This document shows positions 55,644 to 64,000 of a DNA stretch of 64,000 bases, piece by piece. Origin of the DNA: Gammaproteobacteria bacterium (GTDB taxonomy: Bacteria; Pseudomonadota; Gammaproteobacteria; Eutrophobiales; Eutrophobiaceae). The stretch's first letter is position 1. The number at the start of each line of letters is the position of its first letter. Location of the stretch: positions 96,001 through 160,000 of the forward strand of contig CAXMWX010000009.1 in NCBI GenBank assembly GCA_963422205.2. The letters are read 5' to 3'. Both the position numbers and the translations under genes were made by a program. The notes beneath the pieces are model-generated. The model made no database searches and had not been told where the DNA came from. It was given only the letters and a program-made list of their open reading frames with translations.

Positions 55644-55663
55644 CCAGCAGCGCATGATTATGC
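55644..55663 (-). mobile_element. Possible degenerate attC left half
   Basis: Minus strand GCATAAT-CATGC-GCTGCTGG overlapping the stop of the UDG-like gene. Confidence 0.25.
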
Positions 55664-56350
55664 CGCCTTCAGCTCAGTACGCATAAGGGCATGAACACGG
55701 CGGGCTTCCTGGTGTATGTAGCTGTCTCGGTGGGTTCGTCGAACACAGTAGTGCGTGAGTGAACCATCGTATAGCTTACCCACCACGCTGCCTGCCTTCT
55801 TCCCCAGCGTGATAAGCGCGCAAGGGGCAAGCAATTCAATCGTAGGGGCAACGATCCTGGCCCAGGCCGTCCGGCGCACGGCAGCTGGCGGCATTCGATC
55901 TGCGCGGGTTCTGTAAGGAACAACGTTCATATAGGCAACCTCATCGATCGTTACTCGGCCGCCTCCAGGGTCGGCGATAAAATTCGCCAGAGGTTCCATT
56001 CCATGACCACTTTCTTGAAGGCAGCATTCAACGCCTCGAATCTTATCTCGCCATTTTGCTCATCTGCGCCCTTGAAGCTGGTCATCAGGGGATAGAATAT
56101 CTCATCTTCGGGAGGGCGTTGCACACGCACATCACCTCACTCCCCCCGGATTGATTGCCAAAATAAGGAAACCACGCCCGCCAGCATAGTCCTTGCCCAC
56201 ATATCCGGCGAACATCGTTGCCGCATCTTCGGGCAGATTGCGGGGCTGATACTTTTTATCAGAAACACCGAACAACTCGGCACACTCAATGGCTGTAAGC
56301 ATCTGGAAGTGCTGCGCCAGGTGCGCCCTTGTCAGCGTATCAGCAGGCAT
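55658..56350 (-). pseudogene. Uracil-DNA glycosylase superfamily-like gene broken by two compensating frameshifts
   Basis: Reconstructed about 230 aa: ..GYVGKDY..LILAINPGG / DEIFYPL..FEALN..WNLWRIL / EVAYMNVVPYRT..LITLGKKA. Shifts near 56140 and 55956. Confidence 0.6.
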
Positions 56351-56357
56351 GGCGCTG

Positions 56358-56525
56358 CTATTTGATCTTCGCTTCCTTGTAGATGACGTGCTTGCGTACA
56401 ACAGGGTCGTATTTTTTAATCGCCATTTTATCGGGCGTGTTGCGTTTGTTTTTGGTGGTGGTGTAGAAATGCCCGGTGCCCGCCGAGGACTCCAGCCGGA
56501 TTTTCTCTCTTGCACTGTTTGCCAT
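56358..56525 (-). CDS. rpmG: 50S ribosomal protein L33
   Basis: Manual translation [55 protein letters not shown]. Confidence 0.97.
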   Translation of the reverse strand: MANSAREKIRLESSAGTGHFYTTTKNKRNTPDKMAIKKYDPVVRKHVIYKEAKIK

Positions 56526-56534
56526 GATCTTCCC

Positions 56535-56771
56535 CTAGACCTTCTCGCCTCGCTGGCGCAACTCGGCCAGCACCTGATCAATGCCTGATTTGTCGATGAT
56601 ACGCAGGCCCCTGGTACTCACGCGCAGCCTGACCCAGCGGTTCTCGCTCGCCACCCAGAATTTACGCCGATGCAGGTTGGGCAGGAAACGCCGCTTGCTT
56701 TTGTTGTTGGCATGGGAGACATGATTGCCTGCCAAAGGCCGCCTACCCGTGACCTGACATACTCTGGACAT
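56535..56771 (-). CDS. rpmB: 50S ribosomal protein L28
   Basis: [27 protein letters not shown]. Confidence 0.98.
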   Translation of the reverse strand: MSRVCQVTGRRPLAGNHVSHANNKSKRRFLPNLHRRKFWVASENRWVRLRVSTRGLRIIDKSGIDQVLAELRQRGEKV

Positions 56772-56810
56772 AACACACTCTTAAAAAACTGGTTTAAGGA
56801 AAGAGGCCGA

Positions 56811-56839
56811 ATTTTACACATATCCGCCGGCCCTGCCAA
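56811..56839 (-). promoter_or_regulatory. Candidate sigma70 promoter of rpmBG
   Basis: TTGGCA-N17-TAAAAT with TG extension and GC-rich discriminator TCGGCC. Confidence 0.6.
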
Positions 56840-56864
56840 GTGCCAGCGGTACCGGCGTATCCGA

Positions 56865-57539
56865 TCAGATATAACCCAACTCTGCCATGGAGACGGCCTC
56901 TGTATCACCAACGATGAGATGATCGATGACCCGAATATCCACCAGGGCCAGTGCCTCTTTGAGTCTTAGCGTGATTTGCCGGTCGGCATGGCTGGGCTCG
57001 GCAACGCCGGAGGGATGGTTATGACTGAAGATCACGGCAGCGGCGTTGTGGTACAGCGCTCTTTTCACCACTTCACGGGGATACACATTGGCGCTGTTGA
57101 TGCTGCCGTTGAATAATTGCTCACGGGCGATGATGCGATGCTGATTATCCAGAAACAGGCAGGCAAAGACTTCCTGCTTGTGCGACTTGAGCCAGGCACA
57201 GACAAAACGCTTGGTCTCTTGAGGGTTGTGCAATACCGACTCCCGCATCAGGCCGGTCTCCAGATAGCGGCGCCCCAGTTCCAGTGCCGCCTGTAGCAAC
57301 ACCCATTTGGTCTTGCCCAGCCCCTTGAATTGGCTGATAATTTTTGAATCCTGTTCCAGCAGGTTGCGGAGTCCGTTCAGCTCTTTCAGCATCTGCCGGG
57401 ACAACTCAACGGCGTTGGTGCCACGGTAGCCGGAATTTAAGAAAATGGCGAGCAGTTCCGCATCGCTGAGTGATTGCGCCCCACGCAATAGCAGCTTCTC
57501 CCGTGGGCGTTCGGCCTCTGGCCAGTGCTTGATGTGCAT
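56865..57539 (-). CDS. radC: RadC (UPF0758, JAB domain) family protein
   Basis: ERPREKL, LSDAELLA, VYPREV, HNHPSG..EPS.AD. Confidence 0.95.
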   Translation of the reverse strand: MHIKHWPEAERPREKLLLRGAQSLSDAELLAIFLNSGYRGTNAVELSRQMLKELNGLRNLLEQDSKIISQFKGLGKTKWVLLQAALELGRRYLETGLMRESVLHNPQETKRFVCAWLKSHKQEVFACLFLDNQHRIIAREQLFNGSINSANVYPREVVKRALYHNAAAVIFSHNHPSGVAEPSHADRQITLRLKEALALVDIRVIDHLIVGDTEAVSMAELGYI

Positions 57540-57642
57540 CCTTAAATCAGGTCTCTGTCGTTGCCCGCCAGCGCATTTTGCAAGCCACCAGGGCCCGGCA
57601 AAAATAACGATTATACCGCTATATTTCAGGTAAACTAGCGCC

Positions 57643-58887
57643 ATGCAATCGCTCGCCAACAAACGTGTTCTGCTGGGGGTAAGCGGCGGTATCGCTGCTT
57701 ATAAGAGCGCTGATCTGGTGCGAGAATTGCGAAAGCATGGCGCTCGGGTGCGAGTGGTGATGACCCGCTCTGCCCGTGAGTTTGTCACGCCGCTGACCTT
57801 CCAGGCGCTGTCAGGGCAGCCGGTCGCCACCGAGTTGCTGGATCATGCGGCTGAGGCAGGCATGGGCCATATCGAGCTGGCGCGCTGGGCGGACTGTGTC
57901 CTGATCGCTCCGGCCAGCGCCAACTTCATGGCCAGATTATCTCAGGGCATGGCGGATGATCTGCTGGCCACGTTGTGCCTGGCGACCGATGTGCCGGTGC
58001 TGCTCGCCCCGGCCATGAATCGGGTGATGTGGCAACACCCGGCAACCCAGGCCAATGTGCATCTGTTAGAACAACGTGGTGTGCTTATCGCCGGGCCGGC
58101 GAGTGGCGAGCAGGCCTGTGGCGAGACTGGCCCCGGACGGATGTTGCAGCCACAGCAACTGACAGCCGCGGTGGCGGGCTTGTTTCAGCCCCAGGCCCTG
58201 GCCGGTGTTGCCGTGATGATCACCGCCGGGCCAACCCAGGAGCCGATTGATCCGGTGCGCTATCTCAGCAATCACAGCTCAGGCCACATGGGTTATGCCA
58301 TAGCACAGGCGGCCATGGAATCCGGGGCGGCGGTGACGCTGGTCTCCGGGCCGGTCACGCTGCCGCCGCCTGCATCTGCCCGCACAGTGAACGTGACAAC
58401 GGCCAGAGAAATGTATGCTGCCGTGATGCAGGACATTGGGCAGACGGATATTTTTATTGCCACGGCGGCGGTGGCGGATTATGCCTGTCTTAATCGTGCC
58501 GGCCAGAAGCTCAAAAAGACGAGTGAAACATTAACCCTTGAGTTGCAGAGAACGCCGGATATTTTACATGCCGTGGCCGAGGCAAAGGATGCGCCTTTTA
58601 CTGTCGGTTTTGCGGCTGAGACCGAAGCGGTGGCCGATCATGCCAGGGAGAAACTACAGGCCAAGCGGCTGGATCTGATCGTGGCCAATGAGGTCGGCGC
58701 CGAGTGCGGGTTTGGTGACCGGGAAAGTGCCCTGCATCTGTTTTGGCAGGCGGGAGAGCAGCGGCTGGCCTTGGCATCCAAGGATAAGCTGGCGCGCCAA
58801 CTCATCGCTCTGGTGGCAACACAGTATCGGCATAAACGTAACCAAACCCGCCCCGCCCGTCTGCTCACAGGGTACAGCTCATCATGA
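57643..58887 (+). CDS. coaBC: Bifunctional PPC decarboxylase/synthetase
   Basis: GGIAAYK, HIELA, PAMN, TAGPT.E.IDPVR, AAVADY, VGFAAET. Confidence 0.97.
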   Translation: MQSLANKRVLLGVSGGIAAYKSADLVRELRKHGARVRVVMTRSAREFVTPLTFQALSGQPVATELLDHAAEAGMGHIELARWADCVLIAPASANFMARLSQGMADDLLATLCLATDVPVLLAPAMNRVMWQHPATQANVHLLEQRGVLIAGPASGEQACGETGPGRMLQPQQLTAAVAGLFQPQALAGVAVMITAGPTQEPIDPVRYLSNHSSGHMGYAIAQAAMESGAAVTLVSGPVTLPPPASARTVNVTTAREMYAAVMQDIGQTDIFIATAAVADYACLNRAGQKLKKTSETLTLELQRTPDILHAVAEAKDAPFTVGFAAETEAVADHAREKLQAKRLDLIVANEVGAECGFGDRESALHLFWQAGEQRLALASKDKLARQLIALVATQYRHKRNQTRPARLLTGYSSS

Positions 58888-60011
58888 TGCAGGCGGCTGT
58901 CGGCAAGCGCAAGCGGAGCCACCGGGGGCGACTTAACGCCAGGCTGGCGGGCCGTGCCGTGCCCGCCTTATTGCTGTTGCTGGTCGGGGGAGGCGTGCTG
59001 GCCGGTGCCTGGTTGGCGTTCGGCAAGTTCTCGCAGGCGAGACAAGCCAGCAGGCTGGAGGATGCACAGCGTGCTGTGCAGGGAATGGCCGATGCGGGCA
59101 GCGAGCTGGTGGCGGCCTACGTCCGGCAATTACAGCAACTGAGCAAAAACACCCAAATCAGGCAGGCGCTCAAGGCCGATGATGCCAGCTTGCTACAGCG
59201 CCAGGGCGATGAGTTTATCGGGCAGTTCGATGCCGGCCTGCGATTGCGAATCTTAAAGCCCGATAATGTTAAGCGTGATGCAGACAGTGATCCGCCGCTG
59301 GGTTTTCGCTCGGTGAATTTACTCAGCCAGGCGGCACAATCCAGACAGCCGATCAAGGCGGAAGTGCATTTTAATGCCAGCCCGCAAGCGCATATCGTCA
59401 TGATAGAGCGCATCCAGGATGCCGATGGGCAGCTCGTGGGTCTGCTGCATTTGAGCCTGGATGTGTCCCTGCTGGATACGTTGCTGGCGGGTACCGTGCT
59501 GGATGGCTATATGGAACTACGGCAAGCCACGGGCAGCGACAAGACACTCACCTTAACTACGGTCGGCGCCGCATCCACCAGGGCGGGCGAGGTGATTTCC
59601 CAACCGGTAGCCCATAGCCGCTGGCAAATCGTGTACTGGTCTGGCGATACGGCGGCGGGATCCGTGTTAAATGGCGGCCTGTTTCTCCCGATGGCGGCTG
59701 TGCTGCTGTTGGCCGTTGGCCTGTTTCTACGCAAACGCTCATCCGGCGGCAGGGCTGGTTTTGCAGCAGATGGGGAGGTTGTTTATGCAGGTGCAGTCAA
59801 GGCGATCATGCAGGGCGCACATCCGGGTATGGAGAAGCTGGTGCCCAATCTGCCAAACATGGGTACACAAGGATCTATTACCCCGGTTTCCCGGGGCATG
59901 GTGGGCGAGGATGTCACGATGATCGCAACGCCACCCTCAGCAGAGGCGGCGGCGATGCCTGCCTCTGTCGCCACAGACAAAGGAGATGGCCATGGCAAAC
60001 AAAAGAGATAA
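58884..60011 (+). CDS. Two-TM membrane protein resembling the N-terminal extension of long-form AlgC
   Basis: TM-periplasmic-TM-low-complexity tail; overlaps the algC start. Confidence 0.65.
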   Translation: MMQAAVGKRKRSHRGRLNARLAGRAVPALLLLLVGGGVLAGAWLAFGKFSQARQASRLEDAQRAVQGMADAGSELVAAYVRQLQQLSKNTQIRQALKADDASLLQRQGDEFIGQFDAGLRLRILKPDNVKRDADSDPPLGFRSVNLLSQAAQSRQPIKAEVHFNASPQAHIVMIERIQDADGQLVGLLHLSLDVSLLDTLLAGTVLDGYMELRQATGSDKTLTLTTVGAASTRAGEVISQPVAHSRWQIVYWSGDTAAGSVLNGGLFLPMAAVLLLAVGLFLRKRSSGGRAGFAADGEVVYAGAVKAIMQGAHPGMEKLVPNLPNMGTQGSITPVSRGMVGEDVTMIATPPSAEAAAMPASVATDKGDGHGKQKR

Positions 60012-61398
60012 CTGCATTGTCGATCCGGCGATTTTTCGTGCTTATGATATTCGCGGCCTGACAAACAGGAATTTTACTGTTGATGTTGTCGATAAAATTG
60101 CCAGGGCCATCGGTTCGGAGGCGGCCGAGCGGGGCGAGCAGCAGATCATTGTGGCACGTGATGGCAGGTTGTCCAGCCCGGCACTGGCGAGCAGCCTGAT
60201 AAGCGGTCTATGCGCCAGCGGGCGGGATGTGATCGATCTGGGCATGGTGCCAACGCCCCTGCTGTATTTTGCCACGCATCACCTGTCGGCAAACAGCGGC
60301 GTGATGCTGACTGGCAGTCATAACGGGCCGGCATACAATGGCCTGAAGATCGTGCTGGCTGGCGACACTCTGGCGGAGGGCGCGATAACCCGGCTGTATC
60401 AGCGCGTGGTTGATGGTGATTTCGAATCAGGCCAGAACAATAACCGGGGCGATCTACAGACCACAGCGATCATTGCCGACTATGTGCAGCGGATTGCAGC
60501 GGATACCTCGCCGCCAGCAGGCAGGCCATTGAAGATCGTTGTTGATGCCGGTAATGGCGTTGCCGGGCTGGTCGCACCGCAACTGTTCAGGACCCTGGGG
60601 CATGAGGTGATTGAATTGTATTGCGAGGTGGATGGCCGATTTCCCCATCATCACCCTGACCCCTCACAGCCGGAAAACTTGCAGGCATTGATTGCCACAG
60701 TCAACACTGAACAGGCAGATATCGGTTTTGCCTTTGATGGTGATGGTGATCGGCTGGGGGTGATCGACAATACGGGCAAGATCATCTGGCCCGATCGGCA
60801 GTTGATGTTGTTTGCGAAGGATGTGTTGCCGCACAATCAGGGGGCAGCGGTTATCTATGATGTCAAATGCAGTCGTTACCTTAAAAGCGTGATTGAGGCT
60901 GCTGGCGGTCGGGCGGAGATGTGGCGCACCGGGCATTCGCTGATCAAGGCAAGAATGAAGCTGCTGGAGGCACCGCTGGCCGGCGAGATGAGCGGCCATA
61001 TCTTCTTCAAAGCGCGCTGGTATGGTTTTGATGATGCCATGTACGCCGCAGCACGTGTGGCGGAGATTATGGTCAAGGCAAGGGCCAGTGCGGCAGATAT
61101 ATTTGCCGAGGTGCCTGAGGGTGCATCAACGCCTGAGCTTAAGATCGCGCTGGCTGAAGAGCAGCTTCATACCACGATGGACAAGCTGAAACAGACAATG
61201 GATTTTCCGGGTGCTGATGTGATCGGGCTGGATGGCCTCCGGGTCGAATTTGCTGATGGCTGGGGTTTGATACGGCCATCCAACACGACGCCCTGCCTGA
61301 CGTTGCGTTTTGAGGCCGAGGACGCCGCTGCGCTTGATCGGATTCAGGCCGAGTTTCGGCGCTTGTTGACGGCGGTCAATATTCAGCCCGGCTTTTAG
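59992..61398 (+). CDS. algC: Phosphomannomutase/phosphoglucomutase
   Basis: IFRAYDIRG, TGSHN, FDGDGDR, GEMSGH, RPSNT. AGGAG 6 nt before ATG at 59992. Confidence 0.95.
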   Translation: MANKRDNCIVDPAIFRAYDIRGLTNRNFTVDVVDKIARAIGSEAAERGEQQIIVARDGRLSSPALASSLISGLCASGRDVIDLGMVPTPLLYFATHHLSANSGVMLTGSHNGPAYNGLKIVLAGDTLAEGAITRLYQRVVDGDFESGQNNNRGDLQTTAIIADYVQRIAADTSPPAGRPLKIVVDAGNGVAGLVAPQLFRTLGHEVIELYCEVDGRFPHHHPDPSQPENLQALIATVNTEQADIGFAFDGDGDRLGVIDNTGKIIWPDRQLMLFAKDVLPHNQGAAVIYDVKCSRYLKSVIEAAGGRAEMWRTGHSLIKARMKLLEAPLAGEMSGHIFFKARWYGFDDAMYAAARVAEIMVKARASAADIFAEVPEGASTPELKIALAEEQLHTTMDKLKQTMDFPGADVIGLDGLRVEFADGWGLIRPSNTTPCLTLRFEAEDAAALDRIQAEFRRLLTAVNIQPGF

Positions 61399-61412
61399 GG
61401 CGCCCGGCCCTG

Positions 61413-62006
61413 ATGAACGCACCACCGGCCAGATCCCATCGTCAGCAGCAGATACTGGAGATGCTGGCGAGCGAGCTGGAGATGCGCCCGGGTTCACGCA
61501 TCACCACGGCGGCATTGGCGAGGGCGGTGGGTGTTTCGGAGGCGGCGCTTTATCGGCACTTTGCCAGCAAGGCAAAGATGTTCGAAGCCCTGATCGATTT
61601 TGCCGATGAGTCGGTGTTTGGATTGATTAACCGAATTATCGCCCGGGATGTGAGCGCAACGGCAAAATGCGAGCAGATCATGCGGCTGGTATTGGGGTTT
61701 GCCGAGAAAAACCCGGGCATAACACGCCTTCTGCTGGGCGATGTGCTGGTTGGTGAGCATGATCGTCTGCGTATCAGGGCGAGCAGGTTTTTTGACCGTA
61801 TACAAACGCAGTTAAAACAGGTGTTGCGTGAAGCCAATTTGGACAATAGCGCCAGAGTGACGACAACCATAGAGGCCAGCGCCAGCCAGCTTGTGGTGCT
61901 GATTGAGGGGCGCATGAGTCAGTTTGTTCGCAGCGATTTCAAAAACAAACCCACCACCGGGCTGGCGGAGCAGTGGCAGGTGTTACAGGTCGGCTTGTTC
62001 AGGTAG
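61413..62006 (+). CDS. slmA: Nucleoid occlusion factor SlmA (TetR family)
   Basis: RITTAALA..VGVSEAALYRHF.SK.KMFE, NPGITR. Confidence 0.92.
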   Translation: MNAPPARSHRQQQILEMLASELEMRPGSRITTAALARAVGVSEAALYRHFASKAKMFEALIDFADESVFGLINRIIARDVSATAKCEQIMRLVLGFAEKNPGITRLLLGDVLVGEHDRLRIRASRFFDRIQTQLKQVLREANLDNSARVTTTIEASASQLVVLIEGRMSQFVRSDFKNKPTTGLAEQWQVLQVGLFR

Positions 62007-62012
62007 GAGGTG

Positions 62013-62660
62013 TTACTCCAGGCTGCCCACGGGGATGGCGCCGCTGCTTAACTTGTCGAACCGTGCCATGTCGGCGGCATAAGTGGCCTTTAAGTCCTCA
62101 ATCTCCTGGCGTTTATCGGCCACGTATTGATTGTTATTTTTCACCTGACGCTCCAAGGATTCGATCTCTTGCAGTACCTCCGGGCTTGGTGTCTTGCCGC
62201 CCAGTTCCTGTTTCTCTGCCGCCGCCCGGCGTCTTTGCAAATCCTCGCTGATTTTTTCAGTGCGTTTGGCGGTCAATGTGATTGAAGACTCGATCACGGC
62301 GATCTTGTCATCCCGTGTCAGTTGAATATCATCGGCGGAGCCGAAGGTATCGAGCAGCATCTTGTCCTTACGTGTCCGTGCCTGTATTTTCTTTTGTTTT
62401 TCCGCTTCAAGCGCCGCCTGTTTTGCCTCCGCCGCTAACTCCTGCTCGGTCTTGGCGCGCTCTTTTTCTTTCTTTACTATGCCCTGACTGCTGAGTTCCT
62501 GGTGGCCTTTTTGTGCAAACTCCGGCGGCACCTTCTCGCCACACTCTCTGACGCCCTCATGGTTGGTCCAGCATTTATAAGCACCCCCGGATGATGCACT
62601 TATAGTGAAAATGAACAGCAGCGCAAAAGCGCCAAGGCAGATGGGTTTACAGGTTTTCAT
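62013..62660 (-). CDS. Exported DUF4124-like coiled-coil protein
   Basis: Signal peptide, YKCW.N..G..ECG..VPP, D..LL.TF, coiled coil; adjacent to pyrE. Confidence 0.7.
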   Translation of the reverse strand: MKTCKPICLGAFALLFIFTISASSGGAYKCWTNHEGVRECGEKVPPEFAQKGHQELSSQGIVKKEKERAKTEQELAAEAKQAALEAEKQKKIQARTRKDKMLLDTFGSADDIQLTRDDKIAVIESSITLTAKRTEKISEDLQRRRAAAEKQELGGKTPSPEVLQEIESLERQVKNNNQYVADKRQEIEDLKATYAADMARFDKLSSGAIPVGSLE

Positions 62661-62747
62661 GATCTCTCCTTAACTGTTTCCTCGTTGTGGTGGTTACAGG
62701 TTTTGATATACGCCATTATACAACATGAACGCACTGGCGTAACCTGC

Positions 62748-63389
62748 TTATGCTCCATAGTCGTTGCGGTAGGCTTTAAGCCGCCCAAGTGCATGATCGT
62801 AACCGGTTGCGGCAGATAAAAACCGTATCAAATCAGCCAGATCAATGATATGGATAACCTCAAGATTGTGATGTTTTCCTATCTCATTGATGGCAGACTC
62901 ACCGCCCTCGCCCCGCTCCTGCCGGTCAAGGGCGATGATGACAGCGGCGGGTTCTGCCCCTTGCTGGCGGATGAGTTCTACCGCATGATTGACCGAAGTG
63001 CCGGCGGTGATCACATCATCGATGATCAGTACCCGGCCTGACAGGCGGGCGCCCAGCGTGAGGCCGCCCTCGCCATGATCTTTCTCTTCCTTGCGGTCAA
63101 AACAATACGGCAGATTGCGCTTGAAAAGCTGTGAATAGGCGATAGCCACGCTGGCAACCAGGGGGATGCCTTTGTAGGCTGGCCCAAACACCATGTCAAA
63201 CTCAATCCCTGCGGCCTGGATGGCCCGGGCGTAGAACTGGCCGAGACGCAACAGACGCTCTCCATCATTAAACTGCCCGCTGTCAAAAAAGTAAGGGCTG
63301 AGGCGGCCGGATTTTAAGGTGAATTTGCCAAATTTCAGCACCTCGGCCTGCATGGCAAAGCGGATAAATTCTGTTTGATAATTTTGCAT
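62748..63389 (-). CDS. pyrE: Orotate phosphoribosyltransferase
   Basis: FTLKSGR.SPYFF, FGPAYKGIP, RKE.KDHGEGG, IIDDVITAGT. Confidence 0.98.
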   Translation of the reverse strand: MQNYQTEFIRFAMQAEVLKFGKFTLKSGRLSPYFFDSGQFNDGERLLRLGQFYARAIQAAGIEFDMVFGPAYKGIPLVASVAIAYSQLFKRNLPYCFDRKEEKDHGEGGLTLGARLSGRVLIIDDVITAGTSVNHAVELIRQQGAEPAAVIIALDRQERGEGGESAINEIGKHHNLEVIHIIDLADLIRFLSAATGYDHALGRLKAYRNDYGA

Positions 63390-63492
63390 GGCGATCATCC
63401 CGCACTTGCATCATGTTCTTAACTCTTTGCAGTATAGATCAGGTGTGGCGTGAATCTGTTATCATGACGCAAAAGATAACAACGATAAGCAG

Positions 63493-64000
63493 ATGAGGAT
63501 TGTCTCCATCAATATTAATGGCATTCGGGCCGGATACAGAAAAGGATTTTTTCGCTGGCTGGCAAAAGAGCGGGCGGACATCGTCTGCATACAGGAGACC
63601 AAGGCACAGGTTGAGCAGCTTGCTGATGCCATTACCCATCCTGCCGACTATCATGCATCTTTCAATTCTGCACAGAAGAAGGGCTACAGTGGCGTGGCTA
63701 TTTATTCATGCACAAAACCCGATAAGGTGATCGATCGCCTGGGCTGGGCGCAGGCTGATCAGGAAGGCCGGTTTATGCAGGCTGATTTTGGCAGGCTGAG
63801 CGTGGTTTCTTTGTATCTGCCATCCGGCACTTCCGGCGATGAACGGCAGGCGATCAAATATGAATTCATGGCCCGGTTTGAAGAAGAGATAAAAAAAATG
63901 CGGCGGAGGCGCCGGGAGTTTATCATTTGTGGCGACTGGAACATTGCCCATAAAAAGATCGACATTAAAAACTGGCGCGGTAATCAGAAAAATTCCGGTT
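63493..64000 (+). CDS. xth: Exodeoxyribonuclease III family (Xth/ExoA/Crc-like), 5' part
   Basis: Manual translation MRIVSININGIRA...VCIQETKA...KKGYSGVA...EGR...SLYLPSG...CGDWNIAH; runs off the window. Confidence 0.9.
   Translation, partial: MRIVSININGIRAGYRKGFFRWLAKERADIVCIQETKAQVEQLADAITHPADYHASFNSAQKKGYSGVAIYSCTKPDKVIDRLGWAQADQEGRFMQADFGRLSVVSLYLPSGTSGDERQAIKYEFMARFEEEIKKMRRRRREFIICGDWNIAHKKIDIKNWRGNQKNSG

Noticed and set aside
56132-56581. 149-aa ORF as given in the track
   Set aside because: Its first half is an off-frame reading of rpmB/rpmG; only the part from ATG 56350 belongs to the UDG-like gene.

Overview
Replication-origin region of a GC-rich gammaproteobacterium, mostly housekeeping genes. 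In order: yidC-yidD-rnpA-rpmH / dnaA-(oriC)-dnaN-recF-gyrB with two parS sites inside recF; comF / bioBFCD with a BirA operator; an aa3-type cytochrome c oxidase cluster; ftsYEX-rpoH with a sigmaE-type promoter and a perfect CIRCE; an M16 peptidase pair-rsmD-coaD-ferredoxin-ggt; mutM; two separate ABC/GldG/DUF4340 operons; a desaturase, ntrBC, hemB, glyQS, radC-rpmBG, coaBC, algC, slmA, pyrE and an exonuclease III. The signals not explained by this backbone are: (1) an orphan CRISPR-like mini-array (two identical 35-bp repeats, 27-bp spacer, no cas gene in the window) between ftsY and the M16 peptidases; (2) two small accessory islands (about 35.6-37.1 kb and 54.7-56.35 kb) carrying nuclease-like and glycosylase-like genes, a hicB relic and possible half attC sites, which suggests decayed integron cassettes; (3) an uncalled small membrane ORF after coxA whose only plausible start is ATA; (4) several single-base frameshifts, including one in the essential glyS, some of which are probably assembly errors. 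All family assignments come from motif recognition and gene order, without database searches.
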